This document shows positions 18,212 to 27,769 of a stretch of 64,000 bases of DNA, piece by piece; the first letter of the stretch is position 1, and the number at the start of each line of letters is the position of its first letter. The stretch is from Candidatus Uhrbacteria bacterium (GTDB lineage: Bacteria > Patescibacteriota > Patescibacteriia > SG8-24). The notes beneath the pieces are model-generated. The model made no database searches. It was given only the letters and a program-made list of their open reading frames with translations, and was not told where the DNA came from. The DNA lies in contig JAFGIV010000013.1 of assembly GCA_016929435.1 (NCBI GenBank), positions 15,822-79,821 on the forward strand. The letters are read 5' to 3'. The translations under genes were made by a program, and so were the position numbers.

Positions 18212-18311
18212 CCAATTCCGCTTCGGTACCAAAAACCAGCCTCCATCTCCCCGGTGCCCGTGTGGTCCGGCCGATGGCCGCGCCAAACCGTAGCTCCGAA
18301 GGGACAAGGGC

Positions 18312-18395
18312 TGGTGCCGCGAGTGGGACTTGAACCCACATGAGTTGCCTCGAGCGATTTTGAGTCGCTTGCGTCTGCCATTCCGCCATCGCGGC
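18312..18395 (-). tRNA. tRNA-Leu(CAA)
   Basis: Reverse complement GCCGCGATGGCGGAATGGCAGACGC-AAGCGA-CTCAAAA-TCGCT...long variable arm...GGTTCAAGTCCC...CCA. Confidence 0.93.
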
Positions 18396-18503
18396 CGGTT
18401 TGTCCGGCGGGACCCTTCCTACCGGGATAAAATACTACCAATTGCGACGGTTGTCAAAAGCCGTCGATGCGGGTAAAGTAAACGGGATGGCAAATGCCTT
18501 TTT

Positions 18504-19274
18504 ATGGCCTATCTCATTTCCGTGGTCAACCAGAAGGGGGGTGTGGGAAAGACGACAACGGCCGTCAATTTGGCGTCGTGCCTGGCCCTAAAGGGCCGTT
18601 TTGTCCTGCTGGTGGATCTTGATCCGCAGTCCAACGCCACCTCCGGTCTGGGGATCGGACATCGCGGGTTGGAGAGGGGTCTGTATGAGGCGATAATTGG
18701 CCAGGTTCCGGTAAGGGACATAACGGTCGGTACCGCAATCGAGGGCCTGAAGGTCGCACCGTCCACCGCCGCCTTGGCCGGGGCGGCCGTGGAGCTGGTG
18801 GACGTCGAGCGGCGCGAATACCGGCTGGCGGAGGCCCTGGCCGACGTCCGAAACAGCTATGACTACATCATCATCGACTGTCCGCCGTCGTTGGGACTCC
18901 TGACCGTCAACGGACTGGTGGCGGCCGATCGCCTGCTGATTCCCGTACAGGCCGAGTACTACGCCCTGGAGGGGCTGAGTCAGCTGCTTCGGACCATTGA
19001 CCTGGTCCGTTCCGGCCTGCGGCCGGAACTGGACGTGATGGGGGCGGTTTTGACGATGTTCGACAGCCGCAACCGACTGTCCAACGATGTCCTGAACGAG
19101 CTGAACAGGTTTTTCCCCAACCGGATATTCAAGGCGGTCATCCCCCGGAACATTCGGCTGGCGGAAGCGCCCAGTTTCGGCCAGCCGATCGTCCAGTACG
19201 ATCCCTGGTCAAAGGGGGCCAAGGCCTACGAACAGCTGACCCAAGAGATATTGGAAATGGAACAGAACATTTAG
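18504..19274 (+). CDS. parA: Chromosome partitioning ATPase ParA/Soj
   Basis: NQKGGVGKTTT, DLDPQSN, DCPPSLG, LAEAPSFG. Confidence 0.96.
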   Translation: MAYLISVVNQKGGVGKTTTAVNLASCLALKGRFVLLVDLDPQSNATSGLGIGHRGLERGLYEAIIGQVPVRDITVGTAIEGLKVAPSTAALAGAAVELVDVERREYRLAEALADVRNSYDYIIIDCPPSLGLLTVNGLVAADRLLIPVQAEYYALEGLSQLLRTIDLVRSGLRPELDVMGAVLTMFDSRNRLSNDVLNELNRFFPNRIFKAVIPRNIRLAEAPSFGQPIVQYDPWSKGAKAYEQLTQEILEMEQNI

Positions 19275-19277
19275 GTT

Positions 19278-20168
19278 ATGGCCAAAAGACCTTCCGGTCT
19301 CGGTCGCGGACTTGATTCGCTGATTCCGAGCCAAGACAAGACTGCCGCATCCGGCGTTGCCCTGAAGACCGTCCCTGACCGGTCCGGCGACGGATCGGTG
19401 AGGGTGCCGATCTCCGCCGTCATCGCCAATCCGGACCAGCCCCGAGTGGCCTTCAGGCACCATGAGCTGGAGGAGCTGACCGATTCGATTCGGGAACACG
19501 GGATAATCCAGCCCCTGACCGTTACCCCGAACGCTGACGGGACATACGAGCTGATTGCCGGGGAACGCCGCCTTAGGGCCGCCAAGATGGCGGGACTGGA
19601 GTCCGTACCGGTCATGGTCCGGCAGTCCGTCGGCAACCGGGAGAGGCTGATCCTGGCCTTGATCGAGAACATCCAGCGGGAAGACCTGAATCCCGTAGAG
19701 GAGGCGGCGGCATATGACCGGATGTCCAGGGAGTTCGGGATGAAGCAGGAGGATATCGCCAAGAAGGTCGGGAAGGCCCGATCCACGGTCGCCAACACTC
19801 TGCGTCTCCTGGAGCTTCCGTCCGAGATCAGGGAAGCGATTTCCGAGGGGGTGGTGGCGGCCGGGACGGCCCGGGCCATCCTTAGCCTGAAGGACGACGA
19901 AAGCCGGATGGCCTTCTTCCGGAAGATGATGGACAGGGGCGGGGTCATGACCACCCGGCAGGCCGAATCCACGGTCCGACGCTCGTCCGCCGGCAATACC
20001 CGTCGGCGAAAGGATCCGGCCGTGACCGCTGCCGAGGAGCGTATCCGCAACTGTTTGGGCACCAGGATCGACATCAAGAAGAAGGGGAGCAAGGGGTCGA
20101 TCGTCATCGGATTCTATTCGGAGGAGGAGTTCGGGAAGCTGGTGGGGAAACTGGAGGGGTGCAAATAG
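19278..20168 (+). CDS. parB: Chromosome partitioning protein ParB/Spo0J
   Basis: GLGRGLDSLI, NPDQPR, IAGERRLRA, ENIQREDLNPVEEA, HTH. Confidence 0.96.
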   Translation: MAKRPSGLGRGLDSLIPSQDKTAASGVALKTVPDRSGDGSVRVPISAVIANPDQPRVAFRHHELEELTDSIREHGIIQPLTVTPNADGTYELIAGERRLRAAKMAGLESVPVMVRQSVGNRERLILALIENIQREDLNPVEEAAAYDRMSREFGMKQEDIAKKVGKARSTVANTLRLLELPSEIREAISEGVVAAGTARAILSLKDDESRMAFFRKMMDRGGVMTTRQAESTVRRSSAGNTRRRKDPAVTAAEERIRNCLGTRIDIKKKGSKGSIVIGFYSEEEFGKLVGKLEGCK

Positions 20169-20234
20169 GGGGCCGTCCATTCCCGCAAATTCACGTTCAA
20201 GCAAGAAAAAGCCGGGCAAAACGTCCGGTCTTTT

Positions 20235-21806
20235 CTATCTCCTTCTCTTTCCCCTTGCCGTCGGTTTGGCCGATGGGGACCTGGCGGGGGCAGGTTTGGC
20301 GGACGGGGTGTCCGGACCGGACGGGCCGGGCGGGGCGGTTTCCTTCAGCCATTCGGACAGGCGCGACTTGTTGGCGGAGCGGATGCGGTTCTTGGCGGCG
20401 GTCGTTTTCACGAAGTCCAGCCAATCCGGGTTGGGTGACTTGCGGTTCCGGTCAGTGGTCACCTCACAGCAGTCGCCGGAGGACAGCGGCGTGTCCAGGC
20501 TGACGATCTGGTCGTTGATCCTGGCGCCCACGCATGTGTTCCCCATTTGGGTATGGATGGCATAGGCGAAATCCACCGGAGTCGCCCCTTCAGGCAGGTC
20601 GATGACGTCTCCCTTGGGGGTGAAGACGAAAATGCGACTATGGAAGATGTCGATTTTAGCCCCGATTTTCGGCCCGTCCGTCGAAATCCTCGGCCCGGAT
20701 GGGGCGGATCCGGACAGGTCCCTGACCCAGGAGAGCTGGTCGCTGATCCGGGCGGAAGCCCTCTTCCCGTCCTCGTCATACTGCCAGTGGGCGGCAATGC
20801 CCCGTTCCGCCTCCTCGTGCATTTCCTCGGTCCTGATCTGGAACTCCACCACCTCCCCGTCCTCACAGAATACGGTGGTGTGGAGGGAGCGGTAGCTGTT
20901 CGGTTTCGGGGCGGCGATATAGTCCTTGAACCGTCCCTTCATCGGTTTCCAGGCCTGGTGGATGGCGCCGAGGGCGGCGTAGCAGTCGGCTACCTGCGGG
21001 ACGATTATCCGAAGGGCAATCAGGTCATGGATCCGATCGATGTCCCGATCGTATTTCAGCAGCTTGCGGTAAAGGCTGTAGAGGTGTTTGGTCCGCCCTT
21101 GGACGGAGACAAAGGGGATGTTGGCCTCGTTCAGTCTCTTGCGGAGGAGGTGCTGGATCCGGTTAATGTAACCGGAACGGACCTTAACGGCCGCTTGGGC
21201 CAGTCGGGAGACCCACTCGTATTCCTTCGGCATGGCATGGCGGAAGGCCAGGTCCTCTATCTTGGTCTTGATGTCATACATGCCTAGGCGATTGGCAATC
21301 GGTGAGAATATTTCCAGGGACTCCAGGGCGATCCGGATCCGCTTTTCCGGGGGCAGGGAACCGAGAGTTTCCAGGTTATGCATCCGATCCGCGAACTTCA
21401 CCAGGATTACCCTGATGTCGGAGGCCATTGCCACGAACATCTTCCGGAGGTTTTCCACGTAGCGGTCTATGCCGCGATACTTGATTTTCCCCAGTTTGGT
21501 GATGCCGGCCACCATGGAGGCGATGTCCTCCCCGAAGTCTTTCCGGATGTCATCAACCGTCTTTTCGGTGTCCTCCGGGACGTCGTGGAGCAGTCCGGTC
21601 ACGATGATCGGGACCGGCAGGCGCATTTCCGCCAGGTGTTCCGCTGTCCGCAGGCAATGGGCGATATACGGCTCGCCGGAGGCCCGTTTCTGCCCGGCGT
21701 GGGCCTCCTTGGCGTAATCGAAAGCCAGCCGGATCGTGTCCAGGTCAGCCTTGGGGTTGTTGGCCTTGGCTTTGGCCAGCAGGTTTTGGCATCCCGTTTC
21801 CTCCAT
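20235..21806 (-). CDS. rel: RelA/SpoT family (p)ppGpp hydrolase/synthetase with HD, SYNTH and TGS domains, no ACT
   Basis: QKRASGEPYIAH, LLHDVPED, ADRMHN, RFKDYIA.PKPNSYRSLHT, EFQIRT, TPVDFAYAIHT; ATG at 21806. Confidence 0.93.
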   Translation of the reverse strand: MEETGCQNLLAKAKANNPKADLDTIRLAFDYAKEAHAGQKRASGEPYIAHCLRTAEHLAEMRLPVPIIVTGLLHDVPEDTEKTVDDIRKDFGEDIASMVAGITKLGKIKYRGIDRYVENLRKMFVAMASDIRVILVKFADRMHNLETLGSLPPEKRIRIALESLEIFSPIANRLGMYDIKTKIEDLAFRHAMPKEYEWVSRLAQAAVKVRSGYINRIQHLLRKRLNEANIPFVSVQGRTKHLYSLYRKLLKYDRDIDRIHDLIALRIIVPQVADCYAALGAIHQAWKPMKGRFKDYIAAPKPNSYRSLHTTVFCEDGEVVEFQIRTEEMHEEAERGIAAHWQYDEDGKRASARISDQLSWVRDLSGSAPSGPRISTDGPKIGAKIDIFHSRIFVFTPKGDVIDLPEGATPVDFAYAIHTQMGNTCVGARINDQIVSLDTPLSSGDCCEVTTDRNRKSPNPDWLDFVKTTAAKNRIRSANKSRLSEWLKETAPPGPSGPDTPSAKPAPARSPSAKPTARGKRRR

Positions 21807-21877
21807 ATGTCCCGTTATTGGCATTGTAGCCGCTGTTGGCCGACATTTCAAAATCCCCCGGGGTTGGGGGGCCATCA

Positions 21878-21905
21878 AAAAGCGGGCCTTCGAGCCCGCT
21901 TTTTT
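21878..21905. terminator. Intrinsic terminator after topA
   Basis: AAAAGCGGGC-CTTCGA-GCCCGCTTTT. Confidence 0.7.
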
Positions 21906-21910
21906 CTCCC

Positions 21911-24160
21911 CTATTCCTCCCCCTTCTCGATGTCCTTCTCGAACCCGCATTCCTTGTTGGAGCATTTGGCCCTGTCTCCCTTGGCGAAGGTCAGGAGCGA
22001 TCGGCAGGATGGGCAGGTCTCACCGGTCGGGCGGTTCCAGAGGGCGAACTTGCAGGATGGGTACCGGGAACAGGCATAGAATACCCGCCCGGTCCGCGTC
22101 CGTTTCTCGGCGATGTCCCCTTCCCCGCATTCCGGACATTTTACGCCGGTCTTCTTGACCAGGGGCTTGATTGACTTGCAGTCCGGATAGGCGGAACAGC
22201 TCAGGAACTCGCCGAACCGGCCCCGACGGACCACCATGTCCGCCCCGCACTTTTCGCATTTCTCGTCTGTCCTGTTCGTGCCGTCGTTCGGCATCCCCGG
22301 TTCCGTTCCCGGCAGGGGCCGGGAGCTCTTGCATTCCGGGAAACCGGAACAGGCCAGGAATTTCCCGAACCGGCCGATCTTTATCAGCATCGGCTTTCCG
22401 CACTTTTCGCAGGTTTCCCCCTCGGCCGGTTCGGATGCCCGTTTCGGTACCGTAGCCTCCTTTTCCTTCAGGCTGGCCTCGAACGGCCGATAGAAATTCT
22501 CGATGACCGGTTCCCATTCCTTTTCCCCTTCGGCGATCTCGTCCAGACGCTCCTCCATTCCGGCGGTGAACTTGACGTCAACGATGTTCGGAAAGTGCTC
22601 GACCAGCAGGTCCGTAACGATGGAGGCCAGCTCGGTCGGCTGAAGGGCCTTCCCCTCCTTTTGGACATAGCCGCGATCGACGATCGTGCTGATGATCGGG
22701 GCGTAGGTGGACGGTCGCCCGATGGCGTTCTCCTCCAGGGCCTTGACCAGGGAGGCCTCGTTGTAGCGGGGAGGCGGTTCGGTGAAGTGCTGTTTGGGGT
22801 CGATGCCCAGGGTCTCCAGCGCCTGTCCCTCGTCCATCTCCGGCAGGATGACCATGTCCGCGTCCTTCTCGTACAGGATGCGGTACCCTTCCCTTACCAC
22901 GATCTTGCCGTTGGCCCGGAATCCGCCGGTGAAACCGTCGGCCGTAGCCCGGATTTCCGCCGAGGTGGTCAGCATCTCGGCGTCAACCATCTGGCTGGCG
23001 ACGGCCCGGCGCCAGATCAGCTCGTAGAGTTTCCTTTGGCGCTCGTTCAGGTGAGCCCTGACGTCGTTCGGGTGGCGCAGGACATCGGTCGGGCGGATGG
23101 CCTCGTGGGCCTCTTGGGCGTTTTTCGACTTGGTCTTGAAGCGGCGCGGGCTGTCGGGGACGGAATCCCCGCCGTGGCTTGATTGGAGGTAGCTGCGGCA
23201 CTCCTCGATGAACTTTTCGGCCAGGTTGACCGAATCGGTCCTCATGTAGGTGATGAGACCGACATGCTCGCCGCCGATGTCAATGCCCTCATACAGCTGT
23301 TGGGCCAGCATCATGGTCATCTTGGCCGAGAAGTTCAGCTTGTTGTTGGCGTCCTGCTGCAGCGTGGAGGTGGTGTAGGGGGGCGGCGGGGCCCGGAAGA
23401 CGGTCTTTTTCTCCGTCCGGCCGACCCTCCATTCCGCGTCCTTCAGGCCGTCAATTACGGTTTGGGAGGATTTTTCGTCCGGCAGGCCGAACTTGTCCAG
23501 CGGCCTGTCGTTCACGCTCACCAGTTTGGCCAGGAAATTCGGGCCATCGGTCTTGGACTTTCGGAGGTTGGCCTCGATGGTCCAGTATTCCTGGGGCTTG
23601 AAGGCCCCTATTTCCCGTTCCCGCTCGACGATCAGGCGGACGGCAACCGACTGTACCCGTCCGGCGGACAGTCCCCGGGCGACCTTTTTCCAGAGAAAGG
23701 GGGAGAGCCTGTAGCCGACCAGCCGATCCAGGATGCGGCGGGCCTGTTGGGCATCCACCAGGTGACGGTCGATGTTTCGGGGATTGGCCAGGGCCGCATC
23801 GATGGCGCTTTTCGTTATCTCATGGAAAGTGATGCGGTTGGATTTCCCCTCCTTGAGCCCGAGGAGTTCGGACAGGTGCCAGGCGATGGCCTCCCCCTCC
23901 CGGTCCTCATCCGATGCGAAATAGACGGCGTTTGACTTGGCCGCCTCCTTCTTCAGTTCAGAGGCGACCTTTTTTGATTTGGTGGGGATGACGTAACGGG
24001 GCCTGAACCCGTTTTCCGTGTCGATTCCCAGCTCTTTTTTGGGCAGGTCGCGGATATGCCCGAAAGAGGACATGACCTTAAAGCCACTGCCCAGAAACTT
24101 GGAGATCGTCTTGGCTTTGGTCGGGGACTCGACGATCACCAGCGATTTTTTGCTCGGCAT
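21911..24160 (-). CDS. topA: DNA topoisomerase I
   Basis: LVIVESPTKAKTI, DEDREGEAI, SAGRVQS, ITYMRTDS, three C-terminal Zn ribbons. Confidence 0.98.
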   Translation of the reverse strand: MPSKKSLVIVESPTKAKTISKFLGSGFKVMSSFGHIRDLPKKELGIDTENGFRPRYVIPTKSKKVASELKKEAAKSNAVYFASDEDREGEAIAWHLSELLGLKEGKSNRITFHEITKSAIDAALANPRNIDRHLVDAQQARRILDRLVGYRLSPFLWKKVARGLSAGRVQSVAVRLIVEREREIGAFKPQEYWTIEANLRKSKTDGPNFLAKLVSVNDRPLDKFGLPDEKSSQTVIDGLKDAEWRVGRTEKKTVFRAPPPPYTTSTLQQDANNKLNFSAKMTMMLAQQLYEGIDIGGEHVGLITYMRTDSVNLAEKFIEECRSYLQSSHGGDSVPDSPRRFKTKSKNAQEAHEAIRPTDVLRHPNDVRAHLNERQRKLYELIWRRAVASQMVDAEMLTTSAEIRATADGFTGGFRANGKIVVREGYRILYEKDADMVILPEMDEGQALETLGIDPKQHFTEPPPRYNEASLVKALEENAIGRPSTYAPIISTIVDRGYVQKEGKALQPTELASIVTDLLVEHFPNIVDVKFTAGMEERLDEIAEGEKEWEPVIENFYRPFEASLKEKEATVPKRASEPAEGETCEKCGKPMLIKIGRFGKFLACSGFPECKSSRPLPGTEPGMPNDGTNRTDEKCEKCGADMVVRRGRFGEFLSCSAYPDCKSIKPLVKKTGVKCPECGEGDIAEKRTRTGRVFYACSRYPSCKFALWNRPTGETCPSCRSLLTFAKGDRAKCSNKECGFEKDIEKGEE

Positions 24161-24221
24161 AGTTCGTTCGGTATTCATTATATAATCCGGAACAGGCGGA
24201 CTGACTTACATTAAATGACAG

Positions 24222-25322
24222 TCAGGCCAGACTGTCAACAACAAGGTCATAACTGTCCCCTTGGCGCCGGACATGCCCGTTCAGCTCAAGTTCGGTTAGG
24301 GCAGCCATCGTTTCGGAAGGTTGCCGCCCGGTCTTCTCTATGATCAGGTCAACGGGAAACGGCTCCTTGGCCAGGAATTCCATGATCGTTTCCGCAACGG
24401 GAGAAAGTTTTCCCGGCCGTTTCCGTCCGCATTCGGGGGTGATTCCGTAGTGTCCCACTATGGCCTGGGCGGATATGGCCGGCAGGGCCCCTTCGGCCAG
24501 CAGGCGGTTGGTTCCGGCGGACAGGCTTTGGCTGATGGGTCCGGGGACGGCCCAGACGTCGCGGTTGGATTCCAGGGCGCATTCGGCGGTGATCAGGGCC
24601 CCGGATTTTTCGGCTGCCTCCACGACCACCGTGCCGACGGTCATCCCGGCGATGATCCGGTTGCGGCGTGGGAAACGGAAGCGGTCCGGGCGGGTCAGGG
24701 GAGGGAATTCGGAAACCAGGACTCCGCCGCTTTCGGCAATACTTTCCGCTAGGGCCGCATTTTCCTTCGGACCGACGGTTTGGGCGTCAACCCCGCCGGC
24801 CAGGACAGCCACGGTTTTTCCGTTGGCCCGGAGGGTCGTGGCGTGGGCCTCGGCATCCACCCCCATCGCCAACCCGCTGACTATCGGGACGCCGGCTTGG
24901 GACAGCGGGCCGCAGAGCATGCGGACCGCCGTTTCCCCGTAGCGGGTCATGCTTCGCGTTCCGACGATCGCCAGGGCCGGGCTGTCCGACAGGATTCCCG
25001 CATTTCCCCGGACGAACAGGATGAACGGCGGGTCACTGATCTGTTTCAGGAGTTCCGGATAGCGGGGGTCGCCATGGGTAATGGTCTGCACTCCCGTTTT
25101 TTTCAGCAACTCGATCTCGTCTTTCGGGTCGGTGACCCTTCTCCGTTCGATGAATTTAGCCGTGGACTTTTCCCCGGCCCCGGCCTTGGTCAGGGCATCA
25201 GTCCCGGATTTCCAGATTCTTTCGGCACTACCCAACTTGGACAGCAGCTTTCTGACCGTGTTGGGGCCGTATGCATCGGTTCGGGCCAGGGCAATAAGGT
25301 AGGGAAGGTCTTGGTCTGTCAT
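24222..25322 (-). CDS. dprA: DNA processing protein DprA
   Basis: AIVGTR, IVSGLAMGVD, FPRRNRIIAG, VVEAAEKSGALIT; usual position before topA. Confidence 0.96.
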   Translation of the reverse strand: MTDQDLPYLIALARTDAYGPNTVRKLLSKLGSAERIWKSGTDALTKAGAGEKSTAKFIERRRVTDPKDEIELLKKTGVQTITHGDPRYPELLKQISDPPFILFVRGNAGILSDSPALAIVGTRSMTRYGETAVRMLCGPLSQAGVPIVSGLAMGVDAEAHATTLRANGKTVAVLAGGVDAQTVGPKENAALAESIAESGGVLVSEFPPLTRPDRFRFPRRNRIIAGMTVGTVVVEAAEKSGALITAECALESNRDVWAVPGPISQSLSAGTNRLLAEGALPAISAQAIVGHYGITPECGRKRPGKLSPVAETIMEFLAKEPFPVDLIIEKTGRQPSETMAALTELELNGHVRRQGDSYDLVVDSLA

Positions 25323-25460
25323 GTCCGTTCGGTTAATCGGCGGAGACCTTAGGTCAGATTCAGGGAGCTGTCAAATCGAGTTTTTTGCTTATTTTAAGCA
25401 ATCTGACCGGATGGGTATGTCGGCAACCGGTGTGGATTGGTTGGGGGTTGGGGATAATTT

Positions 25461-25578
25461 TTTAAGGCAGGGGACAGTCCCCAGCTTAAATTTTTAAGCT
25501 TCTTCCCTATTTTTGCCCTATTCCCGTTTCAACCCGGATTTCGGGCCGTAAAAAAACAAGCCGGGGACTGTCCCCGGC
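25461..25578. repeat. REP pair (REPIN-like), copies 2 and 3
   Basis: TTTAAGGCAGGGGACAGTCCCCAGCTTAAA (25461-25490) and GCCGGGGACTGTCCCCGGC (25560-25578), opposite central base. Confidence 0.75.
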
Positions 25579-25581
25579 CCG

Positions 25582-26157
25582 TCAGTTAAATTTTCCCATC
25601 GCCGATTCCGGGCCGTCGGCCAGTAGCGTCCTCACCGCTTCGGCGGCCCGTTCGGCGGCCGCCTTCAGTTCGGCCAACTCTTCGGCGGACGGCCGACCGA
25701 GGACAAAATCCGCAGCCTCGGACCGTTTGGACGTTTCCGTCCCGATCCCGATCCTCAACCGGGGGAAATCCCGGGTCCCCAGCCGTTCGATGATCGATTT
25801 CAGTCCGTTGTGCCCGCCGGCCGAACCGGACAGACGCAGCCGCAGCCGCCCCAGGGGGATATCCTTCTCGTCAGCGATCACCAGGATGCGGTCCGGATTG
25901 ATCTTGTGGAAGGAGGCGATGGCCGCCACTGCCTGCCCGGACAGGTTCATGAAAGTTTGGGGAAAGGCCAGCATGACCTTCCGTCCGGCCAGTCGGCCTT
26001 TGGCGGTCAGGGCCTTGAACTTTCGGTTCATTGCCAGGGATCCGAAACCGTCGCCGTGCCTCCTTAGGATGGCCTCAATGGCCATGGCGCCGGCGTTGTG
26101 CCGGGTCTGGGCGTATTCCGGTCCGGGATTGCCCAAACCGACGATCAGCCAATCCAT
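25582..26157 (-). CDS. pth: Peptidyl-tRNA hydrolase
   Basis: LIVGLGNPG..YAQTRHNAG, TFMNLSG, GGHNGLKS, RLRIGIG; start could extend to 26220. Confidence 0.95.
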   Translation of the reverse strand: MDWLIVGLGNPGPEYAQTRHNAGAMAIEAILRRHGDGFGSLAMNRKFKALTAKGRLAGRKVMLAFPQTFMNLSGQAVAAIASFHKINPDRILVIADEKDIPLGRLRLRLSGSAGGHNGLKSIIERLGTRDFPRLRIGIGTETSKRSEAADFVLGRPSAEELAELKAAAERAAEAVRTLLADGPESAMGKFN

Positions 26158-26167
26158 GGCCGATCCG

Positions 26168-27550
26168 CTACCGCTTGATTTCCCGGACAGCCAGCCGGAT
26201 AGGAGTGCCCTCAAAGCCATACTCGTCGCGTATCCGGTTTTCCACGAACCGGATGTAATTGGGGTGAATCGTCTCCTTTTTCTTTACGGTCATGGTGATC
26301 TCCGGCGGTTCGGTGCCGGTCTGCTTGAGGCCATAGACCTTCGGGCGGGCCATGCCTTTCTTGAATGCGGTGTGGTGGATCCGCTGCATCCTTTCGAAGA
26401 AGGCATCCAGGTCCGGCTGCCCTATCACCCGTCGGCGCTGCTCCAGGACCTTCAGGGCCATGGGGATGACCTTGTTGACCCCGCGGCCGGTCTTGGCCGA
26501 GACGAACAGGAGGGGGGACCAGGCGCAGAAGGGCATGGAAACGGCGAGGTGTTGGCGGAACTCCTCGGCATCACCGATCCTTTTTTCCTCCGCAATGTCC
26601 CACTTGTTGGCGACTACGACGATGCCGACCCGGCTGTCCTCTATCAGGCCGGTCAGCCGTTTCTCTTGGGCGCTGATCCCCTCTGCGGCATCGACCATCA
26701 GCAGGGCGACGTCGGCCTGGCGCATCTCGTTGAAGCTCATTCCGACCCCGGTATGCTCGATTCCCGGTTCCACCTTGGCCTGCTTGCGGATCCCGACCGT
26801 ATCGAATATCCGGACGTTTTTTCGCTCGCCGCTTTCCGGGTCGTCGAAGGCGATCATGGTGTCCTGCGGTTCCTTGGTGGTGTGGGCGATCTCGCTGACG
26901 ATCACCCGTTCCTCCCCGGCCAGGGCGTTCAGGAGGGAGGACTTGCCCACGTTCGGCTTCCCGATCAGGACCATCTTCAGGTCCGGTTCGGGAATCGGCA
27001 CCGAATCCAGCTTCCTTTCCCTGATTTTCTCGATCAGGACATCGAGCATGTCGCCGACTCCGGAGCCGTTGATGGCCGAGCAGGGCAATGGTTTTCCCAA
27101 CCCCAACCTCATCCAGTCCGGGGATTCCGCCCTGCGGCGGGAGTTGGGGCTGTCCGCCTTGTTGGTGACGAGCAGGATCGGTTTTTTGGACTGGAGCAGG
27201 TGCTTGGACAGGGCGCGGTCCTGGGGCATGATGCCGGCAGTGGCGTCGGTCAGCATTAGGATGATGTCGGCCTTGGCCATGGCCGATTCGGCCTGCCGCT
27301 TCAGGGCCTCTTCCGTGGCCCGGTCCGATGTCAGGTCCAGTCCGGCCGTATCGATGGTCGTGACCGTCACTCCCCGCCACTCGAAGCTGCCGTAGTTGAG
27401 GTCCCGGGTGGTCCCTTCCTTGCCGGAAGTTATCGCCTTGCGTCTTTCCAGCAGGCGGTTGAACATGGTGGATTTTCCGGTGTTCGGCCGGCCGACGATG
27501 GCGACGACCGGGGTCAGTTTCAGGCGTGTGTCCATAATGGTTTCTGTCAT
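26168..27550 (-). CDS. der: Ribosome biogenesis GTPase Der
   Basis: Two GTPase domains (GRPNTGKS/DTAG/NKAD; GKPNVGKS/DTVG/NKWD) and KH-like tail ...GFEGTPI. Confidence 0.96.
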   Translation of the reverse strand: MTETIMDTRLKLTPVVAIVGRPNTGKSTMFNRLLERRKAITSGKEGTTRDLNYGSFEWRGVTVTTIDTAGLDLTSDRATEEALKRQAESAMAKADIILMLTDATAGIMPQDRALSKHLLQSKKPILLVTNKADSPNSRRRAESPDWMRLGLGKPLPCSAINGSGVGDMLDVLIEKIRERKLDSVPIPEPDLKMVLIGKPNVGKSSLLNALAGEERVIVSEIAHTTKEPQDTMIAFDDPESGERKNVRIFDTVGIRKQAKVEPGIEHTGVGMSFNEMRQADVALLMVDAAEGISAQEKRLTGLIEDSRVGIVVVANKWDIAEEKRIGDAEEFRQHLAVSMPFCAWSPLLFVSAKTGRGVNKVIPMALKVLEQRRRVIGQPDLDAFFERMQRIHHTAFKKGMARPKVYGLKQTGTEPPEITMTVKKKETIHPNYIRFVENRIRDEYGFEGTPIRLAVREIKR

Positions 27551-27769
27551 TTTCGCAAAGGCGGCAATTCCGACGGTTTCATGCCCTTGTTTCCCGTTGG
27601 GGTCCGTGCGATCTTTTTATTCGGATAGGTTCAGGCAAGATCGCATTATCGCTTATTTACAATAATAGCACAAGGGGCTGACCCCACGGGAGCCGTTCGG
27701 TCGGATTTTTAAAGACACCGATTTTCGATCGGTGTCTTTTTGCCCGACTTTCCAAATTCCTTCCCGATT

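Noticed and set aside
27674-27685. GGGGCTGACCCC as another REP copy
   Set aside because: Different core, no TTAAG arms, single occurrence
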